A DNA stretch of 60,210 bases, counting the filler, from Sphacelaria rigidula (taxonomy: Eukaryota), in NCBI GenBank assembly GCA_964200075.2. It is 6 parts of 6 records of this genome, joined end to end, with 100 filler letters (N's around TTAATTAATTAA, not from the genome) between each part and the next. Parts side by side here need not be neighbours in the genome. Positions count along the whole stretch, not along the records: positions 10,055 to 20,007 come from CAXNAA020007428.1; positions 20,108 to 30,059 come from CAXNAA020007429.1; 4 more parts are not named here. One strand, given 5' to 3'. A model generated the notes under the pieces. The model did not search any database. It was not told the DNA's origin and saw nothing but the letters and a program-made list of their open reading frames with translations. A program made the position numbers and the translations under genes. Positions within the stretch are counted from its first letter, which is position 1. Each line of letters begins with the position of its first letter. Below are positions 12,018 through 24,731 of the stretch, one piece after another.

Positions 12018-14228
12018 ATTGATCTGATTGATCTGATTGATCTGATTGATCTGATTGATTGATGATCGATTGAGTGCTTGTCGCACTTTAACTGATCCCC
12101 CACAGATCCAGCCGTGGTCACATGATATACGTACCGGAGAAAACCAAACAGACCTGAAACACTCGCTAAAGGAAAAGAAGAAACAGAGAAGGTCGAACAG
12201 AACGACATGCTAGACTAAGACCTGAAACAAAATTAAAAGTCAACGAGGCAAAGCACACACAAGAAAGGCTGATCTAAAACAAAAATGAAAAGAAAAGAGC
12301 AATAAACAAAGAAACAAAAGGGAAACAGAAAGGCCCTGGAGGTTGTGGCAGCAGAGTAGATACAAACACACTCCAGTGAACACCGCAGAACCATCGACTA
12401 AGGGCATGATCAACAACCGATACAAGCAGACAGAGCTCTTGGATTAGCGATTCTCAACGCGGCAGCCTCTCCTTTGCGACGGCGGTCTGATTTTGTTTTG
12501 TCCGCGCGTCCCCACGTGTCCTCAAACCCTTTCGCTCTTTTTCCGACTCCAGTATGCCATTTACCCATGTGTTTCGCCGTAGTGACCCAATCGTATGCAT
12601 CGCTAAGCTCTACACCGTAGATGAACCATTTCCGTCGGGCTATGTACGAAAGAGTCTTGCAATCAGTTCGACTCTTGCCGCGGAATCAAGCCACTTGCAG
12701 CAAGAGCTTGTGATGGGCAGTCCGCAGGCTGTCGAAATCCTCAGAACATGGCGCCCATGTGGCACATCCATACAACAGAGCCTCTATCACCTCCGCTTGA
12801 GGCAGTCGAATTCTGAAGGATAGCTCGGCGTTGGGTCGGTCGTAAAGTTGGGAGCTAAATTTTTGGATACGTGCTCACACCGCGCTAGTACGGCGTTTGA
12901 TTTCGATGGACATTTTCGTACCCGTGCTGATAGCTCCACCAAGGTAGATGAACGTCCCTGTCTGCTTATACTGTTGATCGGCAGCTCTGATATTCAAGGC
13001 GGCCACCCTGGGGCTGGGTACTGACCAAAGGCGCATTGGACACTACCTTGCTCTCGGAGACCATCAGGCCGATTCTTGGCAGGTCATTACTATCACGGCC
13101 ATCAGTCGAGCAAGGCTGTCTGAGGTCCCCGAGGCTATGCCGGCGTCGTACGCATGAAGCATTGCCCACACCGCGCGTCGAACGTTTTCTAGCGATGTCT
13201 CTTCCACGGCTTTATCACGGTCGCCTTTTGGCGCATCATCTAGAAAGACCGAGTGTAAGACGATAGCTGGGTTCGCCGCAAACTGCTGAACGATCATCCC
13301 CACCAATCTTGCTCCGAAAATGTTGATCATCAGACGGGGCGAAACGCAACCTTGTCTGAGTCTGTGGCAGATATGCAACCAAGCGGATAGTTCGCCACTA
13401 TCTAGCTGTACCCGAGCTCCCATGCTGTCGTAAAACATCTGGATGATCGTGATCATTCGCGACGGGATTCTGGACCAAGCAAGCATTATCCACAAGAGCG
13501 TGCGGTCTACGGAATCGTATGCTTTGTGCAGATCGATAAAACACATGTTAACTGGGACGTTGCTCGCCCGTTCCAACTCCTAAGGTCGGCATTCTACGAA
13601 CATCATGTCTGTGGTCGATCTTTGACGCCGAAGTCCGCATTGTTTTTCGGGAAAGACATCGTTTCCCTCACAAACATTACTGAGCCTGTCGGCCACGATT
13701 ATGACGGGAACTTTAGCAGTATATCACACAAGGGAAATGCCTATGCAGTGACCACACTCGGTTCTATTCTGTGTTTGTGTAGCACTCTGATGATGATATG
13801 TTTCCATTCTTGCGGCACCTCGCCAGGTCTCCAAACCGCTGAGACGATGCTGTGGAAGTGGTACAGAATCTCCGACGCCCCCTCGTTCAGTCCAAGCTTT
13901 AGGGGTTCAGCAGGAATACCATCCGGACCGGTTGCTTTGCCGTTCGACATAGCTATCAAAGCCTCCTCAGTTTCAATTGGGCTTGGCGGGTCTCCTATTG
14001 ATAGCGCTATTGGTCGTTAAGCAATTATCTTGATGGCGGTTTAGTCGATAGTCACCGATATGGCGTTCAGCACTGTAGAGAGGTACCGCTCCCACCTTCC
14101 ACTGATCCAAACTTTGTACCGCAGTGAATTGCCACCCCCATCTCGAATATACTGCTCAATCTCGATTGGTCGTCCGGACAGTCTCTACCCTCTGTTGATA
14201 TCTCTGTACCATTCCCTCATACCCCCCC
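12018..14228 (-). mobile_element. Degenerate RTE-type non-LTR retrotransposon (RT to 3' tail)
   Basis: Broken ORFs 13741-13959 (KATGPDGIPAE, GEVPQEWK) and 13064-13576 (CFIDLHKAYDSVDR, LRQGC, WAMLHAYDAG = decayed YADD); T-rich 3' UTR; (ATCAATCAG)n tail at 12018-12068. Confidence 0.92.
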
Positions 14229-14234
14229 TCGAGC

Positions 14235-14582
14235 ATGTGTGCTGCCGTCCTATCTATTGTAGACGGCGGTCTACATCTTTCGGTGGAATGTGTGAGCGCA
14301 CCAGCCGGGGTCACACAGAAGGCAGGTCAACACAGGAATTGCTCTCTTATCTGATACGCCGCCCTCCTTCTACGGTGCTTGCCTTATGTTTTATCGCAAG
14401 GGAGGTTCAGCGGTCCCTTTCCCTCGTCGACCGTGAAGTAGCTTTTGTGTACCCACGGCATAATCGCTCTTCACTGTTGGGCATTGTGTGAGAAACAATC
14501 CCGGACCGCGCCGAGATTCGAAATCACGACTCAACCGTCACAATGTTTAGACATTATCAACTGAGCCACCGGAGCGATCGGC
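14235..14582 (-). mobile_element. tRNA-derived SINE, second full-length copy
   Basis: Aligns by eye end to end with 7619-7970; A box GTGGCTCAGTTG and B-box-like TTCGAATCTC; abuts the 5'-most LINE sequence. Confidence 0.85.
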
Positions 14583-15289
14583 GAGCGACATGTAGCGGGT
14601 AGACCCATCTAGTTCTTCAGCATACACATCCAAAAATATATCCAACTAAACTTGGATCACCTCTTTGATTCTTTCTCATGCTGCTCGTCATGTGTGCCAT
14701 GCGGGTTTCTCTCGAGATGATCCCAGTCTCACCGTTGATCTCGCCCATTTTGCTCTGCATCCAGGCCTGTTCGAGTTCGGTTCTGATTTTAGCATCCTCG
14801 AATCACCCCGGTAAACATGGCTGTCGGGTCGAAGGGCGTTCGGTGGAGTCTAGAGTTATATGGCTTGAGCACTCACTGCTCAACCAAAAACGTGCAAGGC
14901 AATCTCGCACAGCGTCTGCTGTCGAAGATGAAGTCACATAAGCAGAAGTGTATAGTTGTCTTTCATTGTCTCATTTATATCCAACGGCTCATGGGTAGGA
15001 AGGCACATACACACTGAATACGGTGGGGCGAGAGATGCGAAGGCGCATCTCCGCCTACTCTTTCTCGAACTACGGCAAACATCTCCTGCTTCATCCCGCA
15101 AAAACGTACAGTATACCACAAGACAACTCCCCGTCGTGTCCGGATCATTCGAGAACAAAAGATCAACGAACACTTTGAAGAACATTGCGATAATGGATCC
15201 GGACCGTCATTCCCACCGGTTAGTCCGCCATATTTTCCTCCGATAGTCTCGTCAGAGTATCCTGGATCTTGCATTTTCCATGAGTGAAA

Positions 15290-15318
15290 TCACACCATTA
15301 ACACCCTCCCTGATTTTT
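15290..15318 (-). other. Polypurine tract and start of Copia 3' LTR
   Basis: Minus strand reads AAAAATCAGGGAGGG|TGTTAATGG about 310 nt downstream of the RNase H stop; the far LTR end was not determined. Confidence 0.55.
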
Positions 15319-15628
15319 CACACTGGGAAATCAAACGCATGTCGAAAGTTCAAATCAACACACAGAAGAATTTTTCAGACCACTTCGACCAAAAACCGTT
15401 TTCTGTTCCCGAGGAAACACAAATCACACGAAAGCCATGACCGAAATATAGTTTGTCCTTGACTATGACACGAGTCTCGCGAGAATGCGCTTTGCTCCTA
15501 ATGAGGCCTACCCAGCTACAACCTCGCAGCTGCACCTCACTCCAACCGTTCATAGCTGGACGTAAAAACAAAAGGTCCAAGACTAATATAAACCGGTCTC
15601 ACTTCATTTTTCAAGAGTGTCAAAGTCA

Positions 15629-15844
15629 CTAGATGTTCATCAGAACATTCCTGTACCTGAAGCTTCCAACAGGCAAAGGTTTTGTCAAATCGTCTGCGTG
15701 CTGCTGAGGAAACTTGACATACGCCACTCGAATAATTTGTTCAGACACCAACTCTCTCAGAAAATGATGACGCATATCAATCTGCTTGTTGTTGTGGGAG
15801 CTTCGTGGATTTTTCGCGAGTTGAATCGCCTCAGTTATCCTTAT
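15629..15844 (-). pseudogene. Ty1/Copia RNase H C-terminus
   Basis: Manual translation: KDN..AIQLAKNPRSSHNNKQIDMRHHFLRELVSEQIIRVAYVKFPQQHADDLTKPL, matching the Copia DNxGAI / KHIDxRHHF / ADxLTK motifs. Confidence 0.88.
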
Positions 15845-15848
15845 TTAA

Positions 15849-16009
15849 CCCTTTTGGGACCGTACTCCCGGAAACATGGTGTTTACACGCAAGGGCCTTC
15901 GAGTGAATCGGCATCATTTTTACTTGAAAACAACGGACGATGATACCGAGTAACACCCCCCTCCCCTGGGTGCAAACACCATGTTCCCGGGAGTACGGTC
16001 CCAAAAGGG
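15849..16009. mobile_element. piggyBac-type MITE (161 bp)
   Basis: TTAA|CCCTTTTGGGACCGTACTCCCGGAAACATGGTGTTT ... AAACACCATGTTCCCGGGAGTACGGTCCCAAAAGGG|TTAA; CCC/GGG ends with TTAA flanks. Confidence 0.9.
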
Positions 16010-16972
16010 TTAATATCCATGATTTTGAACATCACCCTTGGCCTGGCTCGGAATAAACGTTTGAACGAGTACTTTACTGTAGAAATGATCAGTTTTGACC
16101 GGAATATAACAACCGATGGCTTGAAAGAACCGTAAGGATACGGGTGTCACGCAGGAGAAACCAAAAAAGGGGGGGAAAGGAATCGTCATGAGTTATGCCT
16201 TTATGTTCATGGTTTTGGACGTTACCCTTGGGCTGGCTCGGGGTACACTTTTGAACGAATATTTTACTGTAAAATGATCAATTTTGATTGAAATATAACA
16301 AACGATGGCTCAAAGGAATCGCATAAATGAGGACGTCACGCAGAAGGAAACAAAAAGGGGGGGGGGGGGGACGTTATGAGTTATGCCGTAATATCCATGA
16401 ATTTGGACGGCACCCTTGGGCTGGCTCGGGGTGAAATGTCGAACGAATATTTCACCGAAACATCACCAACTATGATTGGATTATAACATCGATAGCTTGA
16501 GAAAATTGCCCTCAAAAATGGTTTCACGTGGAAGAAAAAAAAGTTTTATTTTTTTCGTAATGAGTTATGCCTTAATGTCCATGATTTTGGACATTACCGT
16601 TGGGCTGGCTCGGGGTGAACTTTGGAACGAATATTTTACTGTGGACTCGTCAATTTTGATTCGAATATAACAAACGATGGCTTGAAACATCCATATGGAG
16701 GAGGGTGCCACGCAGGAGAAAACAAAACGGAAAACAAATATTTTCGTAATGAGTTATGCCTTTATGTTCATGATTTTGGACGGCACCCTTGGGCTGGCTC
16801 GGGGTAAAATATCGAACGAATATTTTCGTGCATAATCTTCAAATTTGATTGGACTATAACACCCGATGGCTGAAACGAATCACATGGATGAGGGCGTCAC
16901 GCAGGAGAAAACAGAATATATATATATATATATTGCGATAAGTTATGCCTCAATGTCCATATAACCCTTGGG
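16010..16972. repeat. Tandem satellite, ~188-bp unit, about 5 copies
   Basis: ATGAGTTATGCC..CATGATTTTGGAC..CCCTTGGGCTGGCTCGGGGT recurs at 16188, 16376, 16560, 16749 and 16938 (spacing 184-189). Confidence 0.92.
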
Positions 16973-17421
16973 CCGAATGAAGTCCTCGTTCACCCACGGT
17001 GCCCCTCTTCAAATATCCACATCTCGAGACTGCGGACGCTGATTCAAAATCAAAATGAATCATTCGAACCGCCTGAGTCATGGCTGTTCATTTGAACTGG
17101 TTCTACGGTTTGATGCTATAAATTGGGTTCGATTCACGTATTCCCCCGTGAAAACGTAGTGCTCGTTTTCGACGTGCGCTACCGCAACTTGTGTTTGCTT
17201 CCTGCATATGCGACCGGCACCTGACCAAAGCTACACTCTTCAAGTTCTATTTGATGTATCCAAGTTACGCATGTGTTGCGGTGATGTAAACATAATAGTG
17301 TCTACAGCGGGCTTGAAGCTTTTGGCAGCGCTGCAAAACAGGTTTTTGTTGAGGGGGGCCCAATTGTGTGCAGATTTGATTTCCTATACATTTACTTCTA
17401 TTAACTATACGCCACCGTAAT

Positions 17422-19945
17422 ACCGCTGCAGCTACTCGGTTAGTCGTAGTGGGTGGGGTTGGTGAGACATCGGAATGTCGTCAATTTCTTGTCGATCACC
17501 CCTAAAACCCAGTCAAGCCTTAGCCTTCATCACGTAACCATGTTCATCGGTTTTCCACTGGAAAAGCCACTTCGAATCGGCTGCTTTCTCTCCAGGTGGG
17601 TCAATTACGGTCCACGTGTTATTATGTTCTAGCCCCTCTACTTCCTTCTTCATCGCGTCCAACCACACACTCTTGTACTTCAAACTGTACACATCCTTCA
17701 CCGCCTTGGGGGCTGACTCAATATCATCAAGAGTCATGTATGAGACCAGCTCCAACCCAGACTCCCCTGAGTGTCTTGGGTCCTCCGTGCTTGCCAGCTG
17801 AGCTAGGATCCCACAAATCCCCCGTGGCTGTCCACAACGCACTATGACCACCCTCATGCTCCCGCAGGTCTGGAACTTGCTGTTAAAGTAGCTGCTCCTG
17901 ACACTGCTTCAGCAAGGCACGTGTCTATTGCCTTGTCCGGCCAAGTGTCGGCTGAAGCAATTCAGGTTGGTTCGCGGCATCCCCGCCGCCGCCGACAGAC
18001 GATGTCTCCGAAAGATCTTCATCAGAGGATGAAGACGAAGCAGACGGCTGCTGCCCAGACTCTTCGCCGTTGTTGCCGCCTAGCTCCTCCTCAGGTTCCA
18101 CCATCTCATCAGGTACCACCACCCCATCTACCACACGTTTAGTTTCCTCTCACGAAGCACCACCAGGGATGCCCCCACCAATGCCGAGATCCGACTCGTC
18201 AGAGTCGGAACCAGAACTCTTGACATCGCCCTCCCCGCTCTCCACATCCTGTGAGTTTCCCCCTTCCTGATATAGAAAACGGAACCGCTTGCTGCGAGTT
18301 TTTGGGGGAGTGAGTGCTGCCAAGTAACATCGCGAGTAGTGATTACATATCTGCCATTCGTCTGCATTCTCATGGTTTCACGGGGGTAGTTGTAGCCAGG
18401 CCCTAAGTAAAAACACTCCTGTCGTTTCGGCATACACTTCGACGTCCTCTTATACCTACAGTACCCTGGCTTGAAGAAAGGGAGAAGCTTGACTTCAGGC
18501 ACTTTACCGTAAAACGTCTCATCTGGGAATTTCTTCCCAGGGTTAGCAGTGGTACCAGAATAGTTTAACGCATCCGCTGTCCGCAATACGACTCAGCCCA
18601 CATCCTTGCCGGAACATCCACGACATACAGTACCTTTGCCTGAATCCTGGCTGCAATAGCGGCTTTCTCAATCATCGCGATTGCCCGTTCGGTACCACCA
18701 TTGTACTCGGGACTATCTACTGGGGTATATTCTTGCCTTATGCCACGCTCACGACACAGATCACTGAAAGAACCTGAAAACTCTCCACCACCGTCAGATC
18801 TTACTGTCTCTACAACTGAGGGAATGCACTGTGCTCCTACGCCAGCCAGGTATTGCTTAAACGCCCTCGTGGTGTCAAACTTATGTCGACCGAAATACGT
18901 CCAGATTTTCAGGGTGAAATCATCCCGGATGAGAAAAGAGTAGTACTTCATGCCACCCGCACTCTCGACCAATTTCGGGCTAGACGCATCCATGAACACA
19001 CGCTCAAAAGGTTTAGCTGCACGCGTAGTGGTGGAGGTAGGGACGGGTTTCCGCAACCCCTTCGCCATTGAGCAGCCTTTGCATTCGTGCAACTTGCCCA
19101 CCAGTGTCACCCCCAGCTGTTTCGTTGTTACTCGCGACAAACACTCGTGCAGGTGCCCGTGTGACTGGTGAAACAAATTTGTGTCCACCTGATTACGGTC
19201 AACAGGTATCTTGCCCGGGGCAAGGACAGCTTGCGCGGATTCATCGGGATCAGACTGATGGGGTTTCGACGACCGACTGGATGGCAGGCTACGGCGCGTT
19301 ACGGTCACGACATCGTTTCTGCCATCCTTCTCAAAAAGCAGTTTCCTCCCACCGGGCAACGTGATTCAGTGCCCTCTCTCGTAAGATTAATCGGCAAACC
19401 ATGGTCCAACACTACACTCTGCAGGGAGGAAAGGTTTACGTCCAAATCAGGCACACGTGCCACGCGCTTGATACCGAATGTTAACTTGTCGTCGCCACTA
19501 CCTGTCGACACCAAGATATTTCCAAAGCCCAAAATCGGCGCCGTTTGATTGTTAGCCACGTTACCGAACGACCAGAGCAAGGCTCATAGTTATACATGCA
19601 GTCACGCGATCCAAACCTCTCGTCCCCCCTCATCAAGAACTGGGCAGTCCCCTCGTGTACTATCTGCTGCAGACGTGGATTCGTCAGTCTGGACTACTTT
19701 GAAACCAAAGTCTACTGAGTCCTTAAAAGAGTCAGACGTGCACATTGCGACCATCTTGTAGAACCCTCTTGCATGTCCTTTTCCTCCGCACACCTCGCAA
19801 ACACTTTCTGGGAACTCAGACTTAGAATGGCCAGTTTTGCCACACTCGTAACAGGGGAGTTTTGTTTTCTGTCTACGGCTTTTGTCTCACACGAGGAACT
19901 ACCGTCACTCCCTGCTTTTTTATCCGACTGTGCATTCCATCAAAC
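17422..19945 (-). mobile_element. Degenerate Ty1/Copia gag-pol (Zn knuckle, protease, integrase, RT N-terminus)
   Basis: CEVCGGKGH knuckle (~19770-19800); decayed VWIA protease motif; ORF 18565-19359 with H..HGH..CKGC, VFMD, VRSDGGGEF and PEYNGGTERA; ORF 17513-17857 with WLDAMKKEVEGLEHNNTW..SKWLFQWK..KAKA. Integrase precedes RT, as in Copia. Confidence 0.93.
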
Positions 19946-19962
19946 AGCCAATCATCTATGTT

Positions 19963-20007
19963 GAGGATGGTGCTTTTGATTGAGGATGAGAACCCGGAGG
20001 ATTAAAA
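19963..20007. mobile_element. Fragment of the foldback MITE family seen at 51569-52011
   Basis: GATGGTGCTTTTGATTGAGGATGAGAACCCGGAGGATTAAAA resembles 51590-51632; the contig breaks inside it. Confidence 0.7.
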
Positions 20008-20107
20008 NNNNNNNNNNNNNNNNNNNNNNNNNNNNNNNNNNNNNNNNNNNNTTAATTAATTAANNNNNNNNNNNNNNNNNNNNNNNNNNNNNNNNNNNNN
20101 NNNNNNN
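20008..20107. other. Artificial contig linker
   Basis: Same N44-TTAATTAATTAA-N44 cassette. Confidence 0.97.
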
Positions 20108-20229
20108 ACTATAGCCCGACATGACAAATCGTGCCGAGTGTTCTCGGGCCAGTTCACGAGCTGCTGCGCCTTTTCGCATAGACCTATATCGTTTGTTCAA
20201 CGGGCGGTGTTGGACGACATCTCCGACCC

Positions 20230-20400
20230 AATATAAAAGTACCTCTCTTCGAAAATGACGCAAATCCTCCTCCCGTTCCCACGTAACACGCATGAGGCCT
20301 TTCTAGTGAGTCTGATACATAACCGCAATTTTACCGCCTCGACCTCGGACAAATTGATGGTCCAAGATGCCATCTACCACTACACGTTCAAGAGGACCGT
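20230..20400 (-). pseudogene. Chromodomain-like C-terminus of integrase
   Basis: Manual translation VVVDGILDHQFVRGRGGKIAVMYQTH*KGLMRVTWEREEDL fits the V..I.DH...Y...WKG...TWE..E.L chromodomain pattern. Confidence 0.75.
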
Positions 20401-20415
20401 CAGCGTCTTCAACCG

Positions 20416-22783
20416 TCATGTGGTACGGTGGGGTTTTCGCCGCATACCTGGTGAGGACTTACTGACTGAGCCCCATAGGCAAATCCTTGGGCATATCACT
20501 AGCGTCGTGAGGGGGCACGGCTTGCACCGAAGCATCGAGACCCGGTTTTTGGGTTTGACGCCAGGTTTATCCGTGGGGAAATCCCAATACAAAAGCTTCT
20601 CACCTACTACTGGTTCATCGTCAGGTGCGGTATCACAGGGCCCAACTGCTAAAATCTTCCAAGGACCTGTCCAATTCAAGCAAAGCTTCGACTTCAACAC
20701 CTTATCCGACGACGACTTAGCAGAGCTTGCACCTTGGGTTACAGTTCGCACATCGTTATACACCCATGCCCAGTCACCTACTTTGTAGACCGGACGGTTG
20801 TTCACTGCATCATCCAACACGCGGTTTGCCTTAGCTACCTTTGCTGTGTTGATCAAGTTCTGCTCCCGTACCACTTCATATGCAAGATGACGACGATTAC
20901 TAACAGACATATGATACTCCACAATATCCCTATCCAAACTCTGATGACCACCAGGGGGTTTCCCGTCGAACACTGTCAATGGCAGCCTGGGCATACGGCC
21001 AATATGAACTTCATTGCGAGCCAAGTCGGTGGCGGCTTTGACGGAGTTGTTGTAGTTTATTTGGACAAGGGGTAAGTGCAGGTCCCAGTCCGTTTGTCGT
21101 TCATTGGTCACTGTGACAACCATTTGCGCCGTGATTAACTCGTTCGGTCCCACCGTTTGTGGACGGATGGTATGAACTAGTAAAAATACGATGGGCACCC
21201 AGGAGATTACTGATCGCGGCAGAAAGTTTGCCGGCAAAATGTGGGCCGTTATCGGATAACAAACGTATGGGGACACCCCACTGAGGGATGTATGTGTACA
21301 CAAGGACGTTGGCAGTCCCTTCTGCACTATAGTTGGCCTCCGAAACAGCATTCATCACAGCATGTCGACTGAACCGATCCGTAAACAACAAAACGTACTT
21401 GTTACCACCATCAGTGAGGGGCAGGGGGCCAAAGTAGCCCCATGAAACTATTTCACCAGGCCCATTGGGGAGGGGCATAGAGATTACCGGCCATCTAACG
21501 GTTTGACGCGAAGTTTTGCGTGCTTGGCGAAGAAGATACCGCCGAACCCACCAACGCACACATTGGTCCATACGAATCCACAAAAAAAAACGTTGAAACA
21601 TCTGGGAGGTCCTAGCGACGCCCAGATGTGTGGATGCTTGTGAGTGACATTCATTGAGAACCCATGGACGCAGAAGCATCGGAACATAAATACGTACGGG
21701 GGCATCACCCAACAAATAGGCGTGACTATTTGTAGGTTTCCCTTTAGGAGGTTTCGTGGGGGGGCGGTGAACTAAAGGAACAATGCCATCATCATTCGTA
21801 TAAAGCATGCTTTTACGCGATAATTCAGTAACTTCATCCTGTGTCGGGGCTCGGTGGGGCCCTACTGGCAAAAAAAACTCAGTTTCTGGAAAGGGGGAGG
21901 GGCCTCCTTTGGACAAATAATGTATAGCTGCTCTACAAGCAGGTTCAGATTGCTGTTCCCGGGCCCAATCAGCGTGAGAAAAGAGGGTCAGTTCCTTGAA
22001 TACACTGTCGGAGGGGTTGTCCAAAACGCAGGGGATCGAATCGCTGTGGGATGGACACGAGGCGTTATTTGGATCAAGGTCACAAGGGGTGGTCAGTGTA
22101 TTCTCAAACGGAACGTTCACCTTTATTCCTACGTTGTGGAGGGTGTCGGATGGTGTGGTACCGGGGGTGGTACCATCACGGGGTGGAGGAGGCACAGTCG
22201 AGGTCTCGACTATGGTGGGCAGAGGTGGTTTGGGAGGTGTCGATTCTCTGGGGGCTTTGCGCCGTGGAGGTAGCGGGGGCGCAAGGAGGCCATCGGGGAC
22301 TGGAATGGGGTTGAGGATTGGCAGGTCTGGGCCGGCTGTTGCCAGGGCGGCAGCCGTTTCCGCGGCCCGGCGTCCTCTGGTCCGGTTCGAGATGAGGTCT
22401 CGGACTTGAACCGGGGGGACGCAGTCAGTAGAAACCGGCTCTACAGTGCAAACCATCCGATGACCAGACGCACGAAATTGATCATGCCCGCCGGTAGTTG
22501 CACGAATTTCACTCCTAACTGAACACAACGATCGTGGGGCCAAACTGCCCGACACAGAAGCGTGAGCCGAAGGCGTCAGCTTATTTTTAACAAGTGCCGA
22601 GTTGTGGTTCAGTGAGAGTGGAGTATAGAGCCCGCCATGACCATTCGTGCTTATGAAATATGCAATGTCTTCGGTGGGGTCTGTGATGCGACCCAAGGCG
22701 GAGTTGTCGATGGGTTGGGCTGGTAAGGGCAAGCGTGACAGGAAGTCGGTGTTTGCGTTTTGGGGACCTGTGCGGTACTTCAA
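20416..22783 (-). pseudogene. Gypsy integrase with GPY/F region (frameshifted)
   Basis: H..HLGVART zinc-binding part, FTDRFSRH, LLSDNGPHF and YHPSTNGGTERVNH; next frame has DWDLHLP, YNNSV and NWTGPWKILAVGP. Confidence 0.92.
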
Positions 22784-23107
22784 CGTGAAGCTGTAGGAAG
22801 ACAGGATTTCAAACCAGCGTTAAACCCGGGCGTTGTGTTCCACCATTTTCGCGAGGTTTTCCAAAGACTGATGATCTGTATAAATCACAAACGGGAGATC
22901 ATACAAATATTGCCGGCGCCGGAGCACTCCCCGAACAATTGCACCGCTTCTTGTTCCATAACAGACCAGTTCTGTTCGTTTGGGTAGGTGGTTCAGCTCA
23001 GATATACAATGGGGCGAACACTAGCATCGTCTTGTTCCTGTTCCAGTGTGCAGCCAAACCCAATTTTTGAAGAATCCGTGTGCAGTCCGAACGGACGGGA
23101 GCCATTT
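22784..23107 (-). pseudogene. Gypsy RNase H (stops and frameshifts)
   Basis: Manual translation gives LHTDSSKIGFGCTLEQ..RPIVYLS, EQNWSVMEQEA and FVIYTDHQSL. Confidence 0.85.
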
Positions 23108-23983
23108 TTAGCAGCTGGCCAGCCTGGAAAAACCAGAATTGGTGGCTTTGACAATGTGTCGAGCTACTCTCGTACAATTGTTTTTCATTGCCGACGTGAA
23201 CACGAATTTCACCCCCTTTTTGAGGAGGGTGGTGAGAGGTTTTAGAGCTTGGGCTATATTTGGCAAATACTGACGGTAGTAGCTCAAACCATCGAGTAAA
23301 GAGCGTACTTGAGAGACATCGCGTGGCATGGGCATCTCTCTAAGTGCGGCAACTTTGTCGAGGTTGGGGCTACGACCTTCAGGGCTGATAAAATGGCCTA
23401 GGAACTCGATGCGCGTGGCTCCAATGCGGGATTTAGATGGGGCGAGCTTCAAATTGTGTTGTTCAAAACAGGCAAAGAAGGATGCCAAATGTTCGACGTC
23501 TTCAGCAGGTGTACTGCCGTGAACCACCGCATCGTCGAGGTACATGCGGCATTTGGACAGTCCATCAGTGACGCGAAACATCACACGTTGAAACGCTCCT
23601 GGGGCGCCGGCGGCACCTTGTGGAGTGACCAGCCACTCATATAGACCTGACGGGGTGTAAAACGCCGTCAGCTCGATAGAGTGCGGATCCATCACCAGTT
23701 GGTGGTAACTGGACTGTATGTCGAAGTTCGAAACAACTTTGCCCCCGCCGAGGGAGTCGATGATTTCATCTATCCGGGGAAGAGGTAGACGTGCGATTTT
23801 GGTGACTGCGTTCAATCGTTGATAATTGACGGTCAGTCGGATCTTACCATTCTTCTTCCGAACCACTACCAAAGGCGAGGCCCACGGAGACGTTGAGTGC
23901 TGCATTAACCCGGCGGACAAGTATTCGTCGAGAATTACTTGAATTTTACCCGCTAGAAGAGGGTTTGTACGGTACGGACGCAT
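23108..23983 (-). CDS. Gypsy reverse transcriptase (fragment)
   Basis: SPWASPLVVVRKKNGKIRLTVNYQRLN, PLPRIDEI, GLYEWLVTPQG, MYLDD and IEFLGH motifs. Confidence 0.95.
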   Translation of the reverse strand: MRPYRTNPLLAGKIQVILDEYLSAGLMQHSTSPWASPLVVVRKKNGKIRLTVNYQRLNAVTKIARLPLPRIDEIIDSLGGGKVVSNFDIQSSYHQLVMDPHSIELTAFYTPSGLYEWLVTPQGAAGAPGAFQRVMFRVTDGLSKCRMYLDDAVVHGSTPAEDVEHLASFFACFEQHNLKLAPSKSRIGATRIEFLGHFISPEGRSPNLDKVAALREMPMPRDVSQVRSLLDGLSYYRQYLPNIAQALKPLTTLLKKGVKFVFTSAMKNNCTRVARHIVKATNSGFSRLASC

Positions 23984-24731
23984 GGCGATAGGTGTCGTAC
24001 CATCAGGAATGTCTATTTTGAACGGTATAGTGTTGCAGCGGCCAAAATCTGTTGACGATTTGGAAACCTGTTAAGAGTATCGTATCAAGATGGAGCGTAA
24101 CCGATCAATTACCGTGGGTGTCCAACCCTCACCAGATGAATCAAACGCAATGTGTCTCAAATGGGGGGAAATTTCATCCCATAATCGTTGAAAACTAACA
24201 CGTTGCTCTGGCGAGAATGTATCTAGTAACGCAGTCGGGGGGTTTGTGTCAGGCGTATCAGTCGATTCGTCTACAACCGTGGGTGTCTGATGATGTTTGC
24301 GGTGGCACCTTCAGACATACATTCGACAAGGCTGCGCGTAGGAGGGGCGCTTGAGGAAAACCCAACAACTGACCAGGGAGGACATCGAGACATGCCGAGG
24401 ACGTGAGGGGAATGGATTGCCGACCCTCATGGACAAATACATCGGTCTGCTCAAAGGGGGGAAGACTGTCTGGGGTTTGGTTGGGATTGGTTAAGTCGAC
24501 CAAGTACTGTCCAGTGAGGGCGGGGGATCCGTTCCGTCTCACAATATTCACATGGATGTGTTGAGGTTCACGGGACAGAGAGACGACGTGGTCTCCAACA
24601 TAATTCAGTCGAAAAGCATCACCTGTTTGTGTTGGGTCATCGACATAGGCCTGAACCCCTGGATCAGCGTCGTGATGTCCCAATTTCAATCTGCCTGTCA
24701 GTGGTCGGTTCAAAACAGGTGAGTTTGTCGT

